The notes under the pieces were generated by a model. The model did no database searches and was not told the DNA's origin. It saw only the letters and a list, made by a program, of their open reading frames with translations. DNA of 64,000 bases from Armatimonadota bacterium (GTDB taxonomy: Bacteria > Armatimonadota > UBA5829 > DTLH01): contig JBDKSP010000021.1 of NCBI GenBank assembly GCA_039680575.1, positions 29,430 through 93,429 of the forward strand, in the 5' to 3' direction. Every line of letters starts with the position of its first letter. Position 1 is the stretch's first letter. Positions 51,121 through 60,678 of this stretch are shown piece after piece. Made by a program: the position numbers and the translations under genes.

Positions 51121-54100
51121 ATTCGAAAATCGTCTCTTTTTAAATATCTCATTATATCGGTTGTCACCTTACTATTAGTATTTGTCCTGACGCTGAAACC
51201 TTATGTCCGAAAAGCATCGGACGCTCCGTTAATCACACCATCTCAGCCGAAGTCAGAAGAAGTTCCCAGCCAGGTTGCATCAAGATACAAGAAAATAGCA
51301 TCGCTGGTGGATGAGAACAGGCTGCAGGAAGCTGTTAGCGAGCTTTCATCTTATGGCTCTCGTGTGGCAGGATATCCGGGCTCCAGAAAAGCCGCGGATT
51401 ATATAGTAAGCGAACTCCGCAAGACCGGTATCAAGGATGTAAAGACCGAACCGTTCGGTATTACCGTGCCGGTGGATAACGGCGGAAGTATCACCGTAGC
51501 AGGCCAGCAGTTCAGGATTCACGGAATTTGGCCGAACCTTGTCCGTACCTCACAACTTCCTCCTGATGGGATAAAGTGCAACCTGATTTACGCCGGACGC
51601 GCATCGCTTCCCGATTTCAATGGTAAGGATGTTGAAGGAAGCGGCGCGCTGGTTGAGTTTAATTGCGGGACCGAATGGCTGAATGCCCCAAGGCTTGGTG
51701 CAAAGCTGATAATCTTTGTAGAGCCCGAAACTACCATGCGGGGAGAAGCGGAGGCCAAATACAGTGCTATTCCGCTTTCAATCCCGAGGTTCTGGATCTC
51801 GAAGAAGGATGCTGAAGCAGTAAAGAATCTGATTAGTTCAGGTAAAGCAAAAGATGCCGTAGTCAAGTGCGATATGCCATGGGAACGGGAAAAAGCTGTC
51901 AATATAATCGCCAAGATAGAAGGCTCGGATCCTAAATTAAAGAACCAGATAGTAGTAATCCACTCATATTATGATGGAATGTCGATAGTCCCGGCGATTG
52001 CACCAGCCGCTGATACGAGTTGCGGCGCGAGCGCGATGCTTGAGATGGCCAGAATTCTGAAGCAGGTTCCGCCAAAGCGCACAGTATGGTTAATGTCCAC
52101 AAGCGGGCATTTTATGAGTCTCGCCGGAATGCGTGCCTACATCGACCGCCATATGGATGAATACCGTAAGGTCAACACTCTCGATAAGGTGAAAAAATGG
52201 CTGAATCGAAGAGGTTCTCATTATAAAATACCTGACGCGCCCAAAGTATATCTCTACTTAGGCCTGGACCTTACAAGCAGGACCCAAGGCGTTGGCGTTA
52301 TGTATAAAGGCTACTTCTACGATATACGGGAGGACCAGCAGGGTAAATTCTCCGATATTGCGACGAAGTGCCGTGAACACAGCGCCGGAGTCGCAAGCAC
52401 CCTTGGGTTTTCGGACTCGCTGGACAAAAGATTTGCCGACTGCGTCAACCAGATCGGCGGAAAATCCTGGCGAAATTACATTCCGGGTATGATCGCGCTC
52501 GACACCGAATCATTGACTCTTGCAGGCGCGATGGGCATGTCATTTGTAAGCATAAACGATGCCCGGCCTTTAGTAGATACACCTTTCGATACTGTCGACC
52601 AGGTCAATGTCAAGAACCTCTCCAAGCAGGTGACTATGATCTCCTGCCTTGTGGACCATATACTCCGTGACCCTAACAAAGAACAGGGAAAGGACATGCC
52701 GTATTCAGTGCCGTTCACGGAACCGAGCACGTTCTCTCGTCTTTATGCGCAGGGTGGTCACGCAGTGCTTGGCGGTCAGGCTGTATGCTTCGATCCGAAG
52801 AGGAGCTTCGTTCCAAACCTTCCGGTACCCGATTGCCTTGCTGTTGTAAGAAGCTACAATAAATCGTATATGGGCGTACGGGCAAATATGATCGAGTCTA
52901 CTCTCGATTACGGCAAATCCGATGAGTGGAGAAAGAAGAATCCGGGGCTGATAGGCCGGTATAAGTTCGCCGGTGTCGCTCCGCTTACGGCATATAACAA
53001 CCAGGTAAAGACATCTATCAGCGCTTATAAGATAGATCGGATAACCGGAGAGATTATAAGCGCTCCCGACCAGGGAGTTTATGGTGAGTTTTATCCCACT
53101 GAAATAAAGATGACGACGGGAGTTAAAGAGACTCCTATAATCCTGTTTAATTGTGTATCGAGCTCCGTATACGACCTTTTGGACCCTCAAGGGCTTTGCG
53201 CTCTTTCCACCATGGATGTTTATGATGGGACAACGAACGGCAAACCAAGAGCATTCGGTTATGCACTGGCGGTGCCGGAGCCTCAAAACCCGCATATAGA
53301 GAATATGGCGGTGATTTTCTCCAACAGGAATGCCAGGCTAAAGCTGATTATGGGCTCTGGCCCAGCGGCTACCCGTCTTGTGTTGATCAATTCTCACCTG
53401 GATAAGCGAGGGGCGCTTTTTACCAAACCGGAAACCGCTGAAGGCACCGGTTATGATGTCGGTAACGGTATTACGTTCCAGAATACTGCTCTTAAGGTCA
53501 CTCAAGACCTTTGGAACCTTGACGAATTCAGGATTCAGCGCCTGAAGAAGTACAGGATTATCAATGAAGGTCTCGATTCGCTTCATACACAGGCGAAACT
53601 GGAGATGCAGAAAGCGCAAAAAGCGCTGAATATGAAAGATTACGCTGCTTTCGACGCTTGCTGCCGGGCTGCCTGGGGATATGAGATACGAGCATATCCG
53701 AGTGTCCAGGCCACGGCAAAAGATGTCGTAAAAGGAGTTTTATTCTATCTGGCGCTCATGCTGCCGTTCGCTTTCTTCACTGAACGCCTTTTGGTTGGTT
53801 CAACGAAGCTCACATGGCAGCTCATCTGGTTCTTTATAATATTTATGCTGGTGTTCTTTATTTTCTGGCAAGTCCATCCGGCGTTCCAGATAACGATGAA
53901 CCCCACGATTGTGCTTCTTGCCTTCATCATGCTGGCGCTTTCTAGCCTTGTCATAGGTCTTGTCGCAAGCAGATTCGATACACTGGTAAAAACGTTCAAC
54001 CAGCAGGTCGGCGGCGTGCATAATGCCGATATAGGAAGAATGAGTGTCGCAGCCGCCGCTTTCTCGCTGGGCATATCGAACATGAGGCGGCGAAAAGCAC

Positions 54101-55830
54101 GGACCATTCTTACATGCATTACGCTGATTGTTCTTACATTCCTGGTTCTTTCATTCACATCGGTCGTTCAGTCGCTTAAATTTAATAAAATTCCGGCAAA
54201 ACATGATGAAGGCGCTTATATATATAATGGTGTTATGATCCGAACGCCTATGTGGGATCCGCTCCAGGAAATTGCTTATCAGTTGATAGATGATGAGTTC
54301 GGAGAAAAGTATCCTGTTGCCCCGAGAGCCTGGTACTTCGGCGCACAGCTAGGAGAGCAGTCGTTCCTGACGCTTGAGCGTGGAGATAAATCTTTCGATG
54401 CGAAAGCTGCTGTTGGTTTTACACAACAAGAAGCATCTATTCTGGATTTGAACGGCAAAAACAAAACAATTATAAGCGCAGGAGACTGGTTCGGTTACCA
54501 TGCAAGGAAGAAGATAAAGGACTGGGACAACTCCTATGAGATAATCCTTCCTACGAAGATCGCTGAAGCATTGGATGTCAAGCCGGCAGATGTCGGTAAA
54601 GCAAAAGTGAGCTTTGCTGGTATCAACTATACGGTCATCGGTATTATCGACAGCAATAAATTCAAGAAAGTCACAGACCTTGACGGTGAGTCTATGACTC
54701 CGGCAGACTTCATCCTTATGAGCAAGATGTCCAGCCAGGGAAAAGGAACGGGTGATACAGGGTTCAGCCAGTATATGCACATGGAGCCTGATAACTGCTT
54801 CTTCATACCTTATAAGACCGTGATGAACATGGGAGGAAATCTCCGCTCACTTGCCATCGGGTATGCATCAGCGGATGATGTCAGGTATCAGCTCGACAGA
54901 CTGATGCCAAGGCTTGGCCTAAACCTATATGCTGGGATTGGTGATTCCATATATCGTTACAGCTCAATAGGATCATCTTCCAGCAAGGGCTTTAATTCCG
55001 TCTTTATACCGATATTGATAGCGTCTCTCATCGTACTAAATACGATGCTTGGGTCGGTATATGAACGGGTTAAGGAAATAGGAATATTCAGTTCCATAGG
55101 ACTTGCACCTGCCCATATAGCGGTGCTCTTTATCGCTGAGTCTCTCGTATACGCTGTTCTGGGAGCTGTTGCCGGATATGTAATAGGGCAGGGGGCGTCC
55201 AAAGTCCTTACTATGACTGGGTGGCTGCCGGATCTGTACCTGAACTTCTCATCGAAGTCCGCAGTCTGGTCGACGATGATAGTCGTATTCGTGGTGATCG
55301 CGTCGACACTCTATCCAGCCAAAAAGGCATCGGAAGTAGCGACACCTTCTATTGAACGGAGTTGGAAGGTTCCAGATCCCGTAGGCGATCTGTGGCAGAT
55401 ATTACTGCCCTTTGCCGTGACAGGTGAGCAGGCGAAAGGCGTAAACGGGTTCCTGGCCGAATGGTTCAGGGCATACGAGGACTACTCTATCGGTGAATTC
55501 GTCACTGAGGGGGTAGACACGGATACTGTCGATACGAAGTACGGCAAAGGCTATCGGGTCAAATCGAGAACATGGCTTGCGCCATTTGACCTTGGAGTCA
55601 GCCAGATGGTTGAGCTGATGACTATCCCCACGGACATGGAGGATGTATACGAGGTCAAGGTAAGCATAACCCGTGAGAGCGGAGATGTTTCCAACTGGAA
55701 GCGTGTAAACCGTAGGTTCCTGAACATCGTTCGAAAGCAGTTCCTGATATGGAGAACGATGAAAGAAGAAGATCGAGAGAAGTATCTTTCCTGTGAAACC
55801 GCGGATACACAACCGGAAGCAAAAGTATAG
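51121..55830 (+). CDS. Giant M28/PA-like ectodomain + FtsX-like permease fusion membrane protein
   Basis: N-terminal anchor, then RVAGYPGSRKAADYI, NIIAKIEGSDPKLKNQIVVIHSYYD (M28 fold), a TM block, SNMRRRKARTILT and VYERVKEIGIFSSIGL...AE (FtsX). The start is uncertain: ORF track TTG 51040 versus ATT 51121 after AGGAG. Confidence 0.85.
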   Translation: MRKSSLFKYLIISVVTLLLVFVLTLKPYVRKASDAPLITPSQPKSEEVPSQVASRYKKIASLVDENRLQEAVSELSSYGSRVAGYPGSRKAADYIVSELRKTGIKDVKTEPFGITVPVDNGGSITVAGQQFRIHGIWPNLVRTSQLPPDGIKCNLIYAGRASLPDFNGKDVEGSGALVEFNCGTEWLNAPRLGAKLIIFVEPETTMRGEAEAKYSAIPLSIPRFWISKKDAEAVKNLISSGKAKDAVVKCDMPWEREKAVNIIAKIEGSDPKLKNQIVVIHSYYDGMSIVPAIAPAADTSCGASAMLEMARILKQVPPKRTVWLMSTSGHFMSLAGMRAYIDRHMDEYRKVNTLDKVKKWLNRRGSHYKIPDAPKVYLYLGLDLTSRTQGVGVMYKGYFYDIREDQQGKFSDIATKCREHSAGVASTLGFSDSLDKRFADCVNQIGGKSWRNYIPGMIALDTESLTLAGAMGMSFVSINDARPLVDTPFDTVDQVNVKNLSKQVTMISCLVDHILRDPNKEQGKDMPYSVPFTEPSTFSRLYAQGGHAVLGGQAVCFDPKRSFVPNLPVPDCLAVVRSYNKSYMGVRANMIESTLDYGKSDEWRKKNPGLIGRYKFAGVAPLTAYNNQVKTSISAYKIDRITGEIISAPDQGVYGEFYPTEIKMTTGVKETPIILFNCVSSSVYDLLDPQGLCALSTMDVYDGTTNGKPRAFGYALAVPEPQNPHIENMAVIFSNRNARLKLIMGSGPAATRLVLINSHLDKRGALFTKPETAEGTGYDVGNGITFQNTALKVTQDLWNLDEFRIQRLKKYRIINEGLDSLHTQAKLEMQKAQKALNMKDYAAFDACCRAAWGYEIRAYPSVQATAKDVVKGVLFYLALMLPFAFFTERLLVGSTKLTWQLIWFFIIFMLVFFIFWQVHPAFQITMNPTIVLLAFIMLALSSLVIGLVASRFDTLVKTFNQQVGGVHNADIGRMSVAAAAFSLGISNMRRRKARTILTCITLIVLTFLVLSFTSVVQSLKFNKIPAKHDEGAYIYNGVMIRTPMWDPLQEIAYQLIDDEFGEKYPVAPRAWYFGAQLGEQSFLTLERGDKSFDAKAAVGFTQQEASILDLNGKNKTIISAGDWFGYHARKKIKDWDNSYEIILPTKIAEALDVKPADVGKAKVSFAGINYTVIGIIDSNKFKKVTDLDGESMTPADFILMSKMSSQGKGTGDTGFSQYMHMEPDNCFFIPYKTVMNMGGNLRSLAIGYASADDVRYQLDRLMPRLGLNLYAGIGDSIYRYSSIGSSSSKGFNSVFIPILIASLIVLNTMLGSVYERVKEIGIFSSIGLAPAHIAVLFIAESLVYAVLGAVAGYVIGQGASKVLTMTGWLPDLYLNFSSKSAVWSTMIVVFVVIASTLYPAKKASEVATPSIERSWKVPDPVGDLWQILLPFAVTGEQAKGVNGFLAEWFRAYEDYSIGEFVTEGVDTDTVDTKYGKGYRVKSRTWLAPFDLGVSQMVELMTIPTDMEDVYEVKVSITRESGDVSNWKRVNRRFLNIVRKQFLIWRTMKEEDREKYLSCETADTQPEAKV

Positions 55831-55908
55831 TGATATTCAAGTCATCTATTAATAAATATAGTAATAATCAGTTATCTATATAGTTCAGCATGATCTTATG
55901 CGAAGAAG

Positions 55909-57927
55909 ATGTCACGTGAGGATGAATTGACAGACGAAGAGACTGTAAAGGAAAAAGAACAGCGTCCAGAGGAAGTTACGCTGACGGATAATGAAGAGGT
56001 AAAATACGAAGACGGTTTTACTATAAAGACCGTAATCGGCGCGTTGTTTATCGCCTTCATAATGCTTCCAGGGGCAATGTATCTCGGACTGGTGGCTGGC
56101 GGTTCAATGGGCGCAGCCGCTCAGTGGGTAACTATTGTACTCTTCGCCGAGGTAGCCAGACGGTCATTTATCCCCCTAAAGCGGCAAGAGATTTACATTC
56201 TGTTCTATGTCGCAGGTGGGCTATCAAGCGTAATACTCGCGGATAAGGGTATATCAGGCGGACCGTTCGGGAATTTGATCTGGAACCAATATCTGGTACA
56301 GTCTCCGCTTCAGCCGGATATAGTAAACCATATTCCTAGATGGGTAGCTCCTGCGCCAGGCTCGTCAGCTCTTCTTACGCGCACATTCCTTCACCCAGAC
56401 TGGCTCATGCCTATTGGGCTTTTGATAATGGGACAAATACTTGGCCGGTTCATGTGGATGGGCGGCGGGTACGCGCTCTTCAGGCTTACATCCGATGTCG
56501 AACGGCTGCCTTTCCCTATGGCTCCGATTGCCGCTGCTGGCGCCACAGCTCTTGCGGAAGCCGGAAGCAAGGAAGAGTCCTGGAGATGGAATGTCTTTTC
56601 GACAGGTGCGATAATCGGCATAGCTTACGGCTTTTTATACCTGTTTATTCCTATATTTACAGGTATGTTTCTATCGAAGCCATTAGAGCTGATACCGATT
56701 ATGTTCTTCGATCTGACACCGAACACAGAGCGAATACTGCCAGCCGCGCTAACCGGTATATCTACGGACCTTGGCTCTCTGATGGTAGGCTTCGTTCTAC
56801 CGTTCCCGATAATTTTAGGGCAGTTTATAAGCTCAGTGGTATGCCAGATAGGAATAAATCCCATTTTGTTCCATTGCGGGCTTCTTCCAAAATGGCGTTA
56901 CGGGATGGGGACCATACCAACACAGATTGCGACTCAGCTCGACTTCTGGATGAGTGTAGGGGTTGGAATAGGGCTTGCTGTTGCTGTAATAGGGCTCGTA
57001 ACTGTCATGATTACGGCTACAAAGATGCGGCGGGACTCCCATCATCCGACAATGAGCCGGACAATACCGCGGGGTCGTGGCGACTGGTCGCTGTGGCTTT
57101 CTCTGGGAGCATGGCTTTTTGCGACTATATGCTATATTTTGGTCTCCGGTTGGATGCTCGACTGGCATAAAGGAATGATGTTCTGGATAATCTTCTTCGG
57201 AATCATCTGGACTCCTATCAACTCTTATGTATCCGCCAGAATGATCGGTATTACCGGCCAGGGAGTCGGCTTCCCATATCTAAGGGAAGCGACGATCATA
57301 AAGAGCGGCTATAAGGATATGAAAATCTGGTTTACGCCGCTTCCGCTTCACGACCTTGGAATATACGCACAGCGTTTCCGTGAAGTAGAACTGACAGGAA
57401 CGAAGTTTACAAGCGTTATAAAAGCTGAAATCCTGATGTTTGTGGTGTTGATACCGGCGAGCTTCATTTTCTGGTCATTCTTCTGGCATACGAGTCCAAT
57501 ACCATCGCCGCAGTACCCGTTCGCACAGAGGTTTTGGCCGCAGAGAGCCACAATGGAGTCCATCTGGTGGACAGCGAACAGGTCCGGCGCTGATAACTTC
57601 CTTATGGAAGCGTTGAAGCCGAAGGTAATTGTCGGAGCAGGAGCGGCTGCTTTTGTAGCGTATGGAATATGCTCCTTCTTCAATCTTCCGATAATGTTTT
57701 TCTACGGGCTCGCATTCGGAGTGGGAGCGCTGCCGCATGGAACAATTCCTGCTCTTATTGGCGCGCTTCTGGGACGGTATTATTTCGCGAAGCGGTTCGG
57801 TACGACTCAATGGTCTCTTTACGCGCCTGTACTTCTGGCCGGGTTCTCATGCGGTATGGGACTTTGCGCAATGCTTGGCATATCGATGGCTCTCATATCG
57901 AAATCGGTATCATATCTGCCATTCTAG
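55909..57927 (+). CDS. OPT-superfamily-like multi-TM peptide transporter
   Basis: More than 12 TMs. GFTIKTVIGA, YLGLVAG and DVERLPFP recall OPT-family motifs. Confidence 0.72.
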   Translation: MSREDELTDEETVKEKEQRPEEVTLTDNEEVKYEDGFTIKTVIGALFIAFIMLPGAMYLGLVAGGSMGAAAQWVTIVLFAEVARRSFIPLKRQEIYILFYVAGGLSSVILADKGISGGPFGNLIWNQYLVQSPLQPDIVNHIPRWVAPAPGSSALLTRTFLHPDWLMPIGLLIMGQILGRFMWMGGGYALFRLTSDVERLPFPMAPIAAAGATALAEAGSKEESWRWNVFSTGAIIGIAYGFLYLFIPIFTGMFLSKPLELIPIMFFDLTPNTERILPAALTGISTDLGSLMVGFVLPFPIILGQFISSVVCQIGINPILFHCGLLPKWRYGMGTIPTQIATQLDFWMSVGVGIGLAVAVIGLVTVMITATKMRRDSHHPTMSRTIPRGRGDWSLWLSLGAWLFATICYILVSGWMLDWHKGMMFWIIFFGIIWTPINSYVSARMIGITGQGVGFPYLREATIIKSGYKDMKIWFTPLPLHDLGIYAQRFREVELTGTKFTSVIKAEILMFVVLIPASFIFWSFFWHTSPIPSPQYPFAQRFWPQRATMESIWWTANRSGADNFLMEALKPKVIVGAGAAAFVAYGICSFFNLPIMFFYGLAFGVGALPHGTIPALIGALLGRYYFAKRFGTTQWSLYAPVLLAGFSCGMGLCAMLGISMALISKSVSYLPF

Positions 57928-58018
57928 GGAGTTTTGGCTATAGTTGTATGCGATTGGTTGTCTGTGAACAGCCGGAAATCTATAGGAATGACTTTATGAG
58001 TCGACTCGTATTCTAATC

Positions 58019-58954
58019 GTGGTTAAGACAATAGAACGCAAAAATCGCACTATAATAGGATGGCAGGGAATTACCGTCGAGACTCCTGACGACTGGGGAT
58101 TGGCAGCTTTTTCCGGGGACTCAGAAAAAGGATACCTGCGTGCGGACAGCCCTATCTCCACATCAGTTGAGATAAGGTGGGCAGCCGCAAAATCCGCTCC
58201 GGATCTGGCAGCGCGGGCAGATGAGTTTCTTTCGCTTATGAAGAAGACCAGCCGGAAGCGGAAGACAAAGTTCACAAGTAAGATAGAAGCTAAAAAGGAC
58301 GCTGAGCCTGGGACACCGGTAAAGTTTACCTGGAAATCGGACCGAAACGGATATGGCAAACTTATATATTGCCCAGACTGCGGCCGCGTAGTCATCGCAC
58401 AGGTGGTTACGCCAAGTGATAACAATTGCACATCGATGGCTTTCGGGGTCGTAGATTCGATACGTGACCACAGTGAACCGGGATGGCGTGATTGGTCGAT
58501 ATTTGGAATTAGGGCGGCTGTGCCTGAGGAGTTTCATCTTGAAAAACAGACGCTTCTCTCGGCCTATACGCTGTTGAGATTTAAAGGGCGGTCCGGAGAA
58601 CTTACGATAGAGCAATGGGGACTTGCCGAGAATCTGTTGAAGAAATATTCTCTCGAGGAATGGTACAGGAAAGACTCTCTAGCTCAGGTGAAAGGTTTCA
58701 AAACAGCGCTGGAGACGATAGACGAACCCGGTCATATGGCTATGCGAATATCAGGGCAGAAGATAGGGCTTGTCAATAATATAAAAGCAATTGCTAAATC
58801 AATCACGCTTCGGCCGCTGCCTGTCAAGTTATCCGGCTATGTGTGGCACTGTCCAGAGGTAAACCGGCTTTTTTCTGTAAGGCTTGTCAATAACAACGCT
58901 GCGCTGATCGAGAGTATTCGAGAGAGAATGTTCTGTCATGAGGATCTGTTGTGA
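58019..58954 (+). CDS. Hypothetical cytoplasmic protein with an internal duplication
   Basis: Co-oriented in the operon and overlapping the next gene by 4 nt. The two halves resemble each other. Confidence 0.7.
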   Translation: MVKTIERKNRTIIGWQGITVETPDDWGLAAFSGDSEKGYLRADSPISTSVEIRWAAAKSAPDLAARADEFLSLMKKTSRKRKTKFTSKIEAKKDAEPGTPVKFTWKSDRNGYGKLIYCPDCGRVVIAQVVTPSDNNCTSMAFGVVDSIRDHSEPGWRDWSIFGIRAAVPEEFHLEKQTLLSAYTLLRFKGRSGELTIEQWGLAENLLKKYSLEEWYRKDSLAQVKGFKTALETIDEPGHMAMRISGQKIGLVNNIKAIAKSITLRPLPVKLSGYVWHCPEVNRLFSVRLVNNNAALIESIRERMFCHEDLL

Positions 58955-59388
58955 GTAGATTATCGCAAAAGATTGCGAGTTACATACCGTTTGTAAAGAA
59001 CCAGCAGCCGCCAGCTCGGAAGGACGCACTTTCGTCAAGACCGGTCAGAAATACGCTTGTAAAGTGGGAAAAGACAGAGGAAAACGAGGTCAGGCTCCTC
59101 ATCCCCATGCGAAAAGACCGGATGGCTCAGTTTGTCAGCAAATTAATGAAAATTCCTGACAGTGATAAACAGATAATACTGGATGAGATCGGCGGCAGCA
59201 TCTGGGAGATGTGCGACGGCAAAATGGATCTCAATACGATAATTAATTCAGTGGTCCGCGGTCACAAACTGACCAGGCGGGAAGCGGAAATATCGGTAAC
59301 AGCGTTTTTCAGGATGCTTGCGCAAAGAAACCTGATTGCGCTTGCTGTAGGAGGCAGTGAAGGTGTCGGGCGAAAAGCAAAAAGGTGA
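58951..59388 (+). CDS. PqqD-family (RiPP recognition element-like) protein
   Basis: LDEIGGSIWEMCDGKMDLNTII...REAEISVTAFFRMLAQRNLI winged-helix signature. Confidence 0.85.
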   Translation: MSRLSQKIASYIPFVKNQQPPARKDALSSRPVRNTLVKWEKTEENEVRLLIPMRKDRMAQFVSKLMKIPDSDKQIILDEIGGSIWEMCDGKMDLNTIINSVVRGHKLTRREAEISVTAFFRMLAQRNLIALAVGGSEGVGRKAKR

Positions 59389-60658
59389 TATCGGACGACA
59401 GGTTCATATGCCTGTTGCTCGGGCGTTTTTAATCAGCCTGAAGAATATCAAAATGCGGCTTGGCCGGTCAGTTGTTACGGCCTCTGGCGTATTTCTGGGT
59501 ATTGCATTCCTTGTTTCAGTATTGGCGCAAGGTCTTGTGGAGTGGCCGTTGCCCCCGAAAGATATACAACCGGGATATGCAAGGCTTGACGGGGAGTTCG
59601 AAGGACCGGGGGACTACGAAATATGGAACCCCGTCACAGTTACAGAAGCCTCTGCAGCCGGTGTACCAGACGATGTAATTGCAAAAATATCCGGCGGAAA
59701 AGATGTATTCAGCCTGAGCAAACTGGCGGAGGCGATGAACACTATCAGATCCACTGAATCAAGATTGAAGAAAGCTCGCATCCATGTGAGCGCATATAGC
59801 CGGATCCTTAAGTCAGCCGCAGGCAAGAAAGATGACGAGTTTATCACAGCCAGGGTGCTCAGGATGAACGGATTACCTGAGATGGAGATCAAGCGGATCG
59901 CTAAAGGTGGGTCTGTCATCGTATCCGACGTTAAAACGGCCTCCGATGCTGCAGTAACTTCTGTTAACATACTGGAGAGAAGACAGCGCGAATTTTCGAT
60001 ATTCAGGTCGGTTCCAGAAAAGGCAATAGAAAAACTGGGCAGTGATAAAGCAAAGACTCTCGCCGATGTACTCGAAATGACAGCGTCAAGGATGAAAACG
60101 AAAGACGCCTTGACCAAAGCTGCTCACAAGTCTCATGTCTTGCTCACGAACAAAGAAGGCAGAAGGATCGCAATAGACCTGAGGGATATGAAATCCGCCA
60201 GGAAAATCAAAATGGTTTCGGGAGATATAGTCCTTGCCAATGATGCCGCCGGCGCAAACAGGCAGTTATGGCTGGTTATAATGTCGCTTCTCGTATGCAC
60301 AATCGGGATTACTAACGCGATGCTGATGGCAGTCACTGAGCGTTTCCGGGAGATCGGGACCATGAAATGCCTGGGTGCGCTGAACAAATTTGTCGTGGAG
60401 ATGTTTTTATTCGAATCTGTCCTGCTTGGGGGATTGGCATCCGCTGCCGGGGCGTTAGTAGGGCTGCTTGGGACATTGATTCTGGCAATAATCGGAAAAG
60501 GATTCGGAGTTGTTACGCAGATTGCAATCCTGGATGTGCTGAAGATGCTCAGTATAGGAATAGCAGCTGGATGTCTTGTAACCGTGATAGCGACCATAGC
60601 TCCAGCCATAAGAGCCGCGCAGATGCCTCCGGCAGCAGCGCTCAGGACTGACGTTTAG
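59357..60658 (+). CDS. FtsX-like ABC permease
   Basis: KNIKMRLGRSVVTASGV, GITNAMLMAVTERFREIGTMKCLGA and PAIRAAQMPPAAALR. GTG start after GGAGG. Confidence 0.9.
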   Translation: MKVSGEKQKGDIGRQVHMPVARAFLISLKNIKMRLGRSVVTASGVFLGIAFLVSVLAQGLVEWPLPPKDIQPGYARLDGEFEGPGDYEIWNPVTVTEASAAGVPDDVIAKISGGKDVFSLSKLAEAMNTIRSTESRLKKARIHVSAYSRILKSAAGKKDDEFITARVLRMNGLPEMEIKRIAKGGSVIVSDVKTASDAAVTSVNILERRQREFSIFRSVPEKAIEKLGSDKAKTLADVLEMTASRMKTKDALTKAAHKSHVLLTNKEGRRIAIDLRDMKSARKIKMVSGDIVLANDAAGANRQLWLVIMSLLVCTIGITNAMLMAVTERFREIGTMKCLGALNKFVVEMFLFESVLLGGLASAAGALVGLLGTLILAIIGKGFGVVTQIAILDVLKMLSIGIAAGCLVTVIATIAPAIRAAQMPPAAALRTDV

Positions 60659-60678
60659 ATTGATGGAGAAAACGAGCC

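Noticed and set aside
56340..57170. 276-aa alternative-frame ORF inside the OPT-like gene
   Set aside because: Fully nested with non-protein-like composition, and there is no sign of a frameshift in the main ORF.
55831..58018. RiPP precursor peptide in the gaps around the OPT-like gene
   Set aside because: The gaps are under 100 bp with no convincing SD-led small ORF, and no maturase is present.
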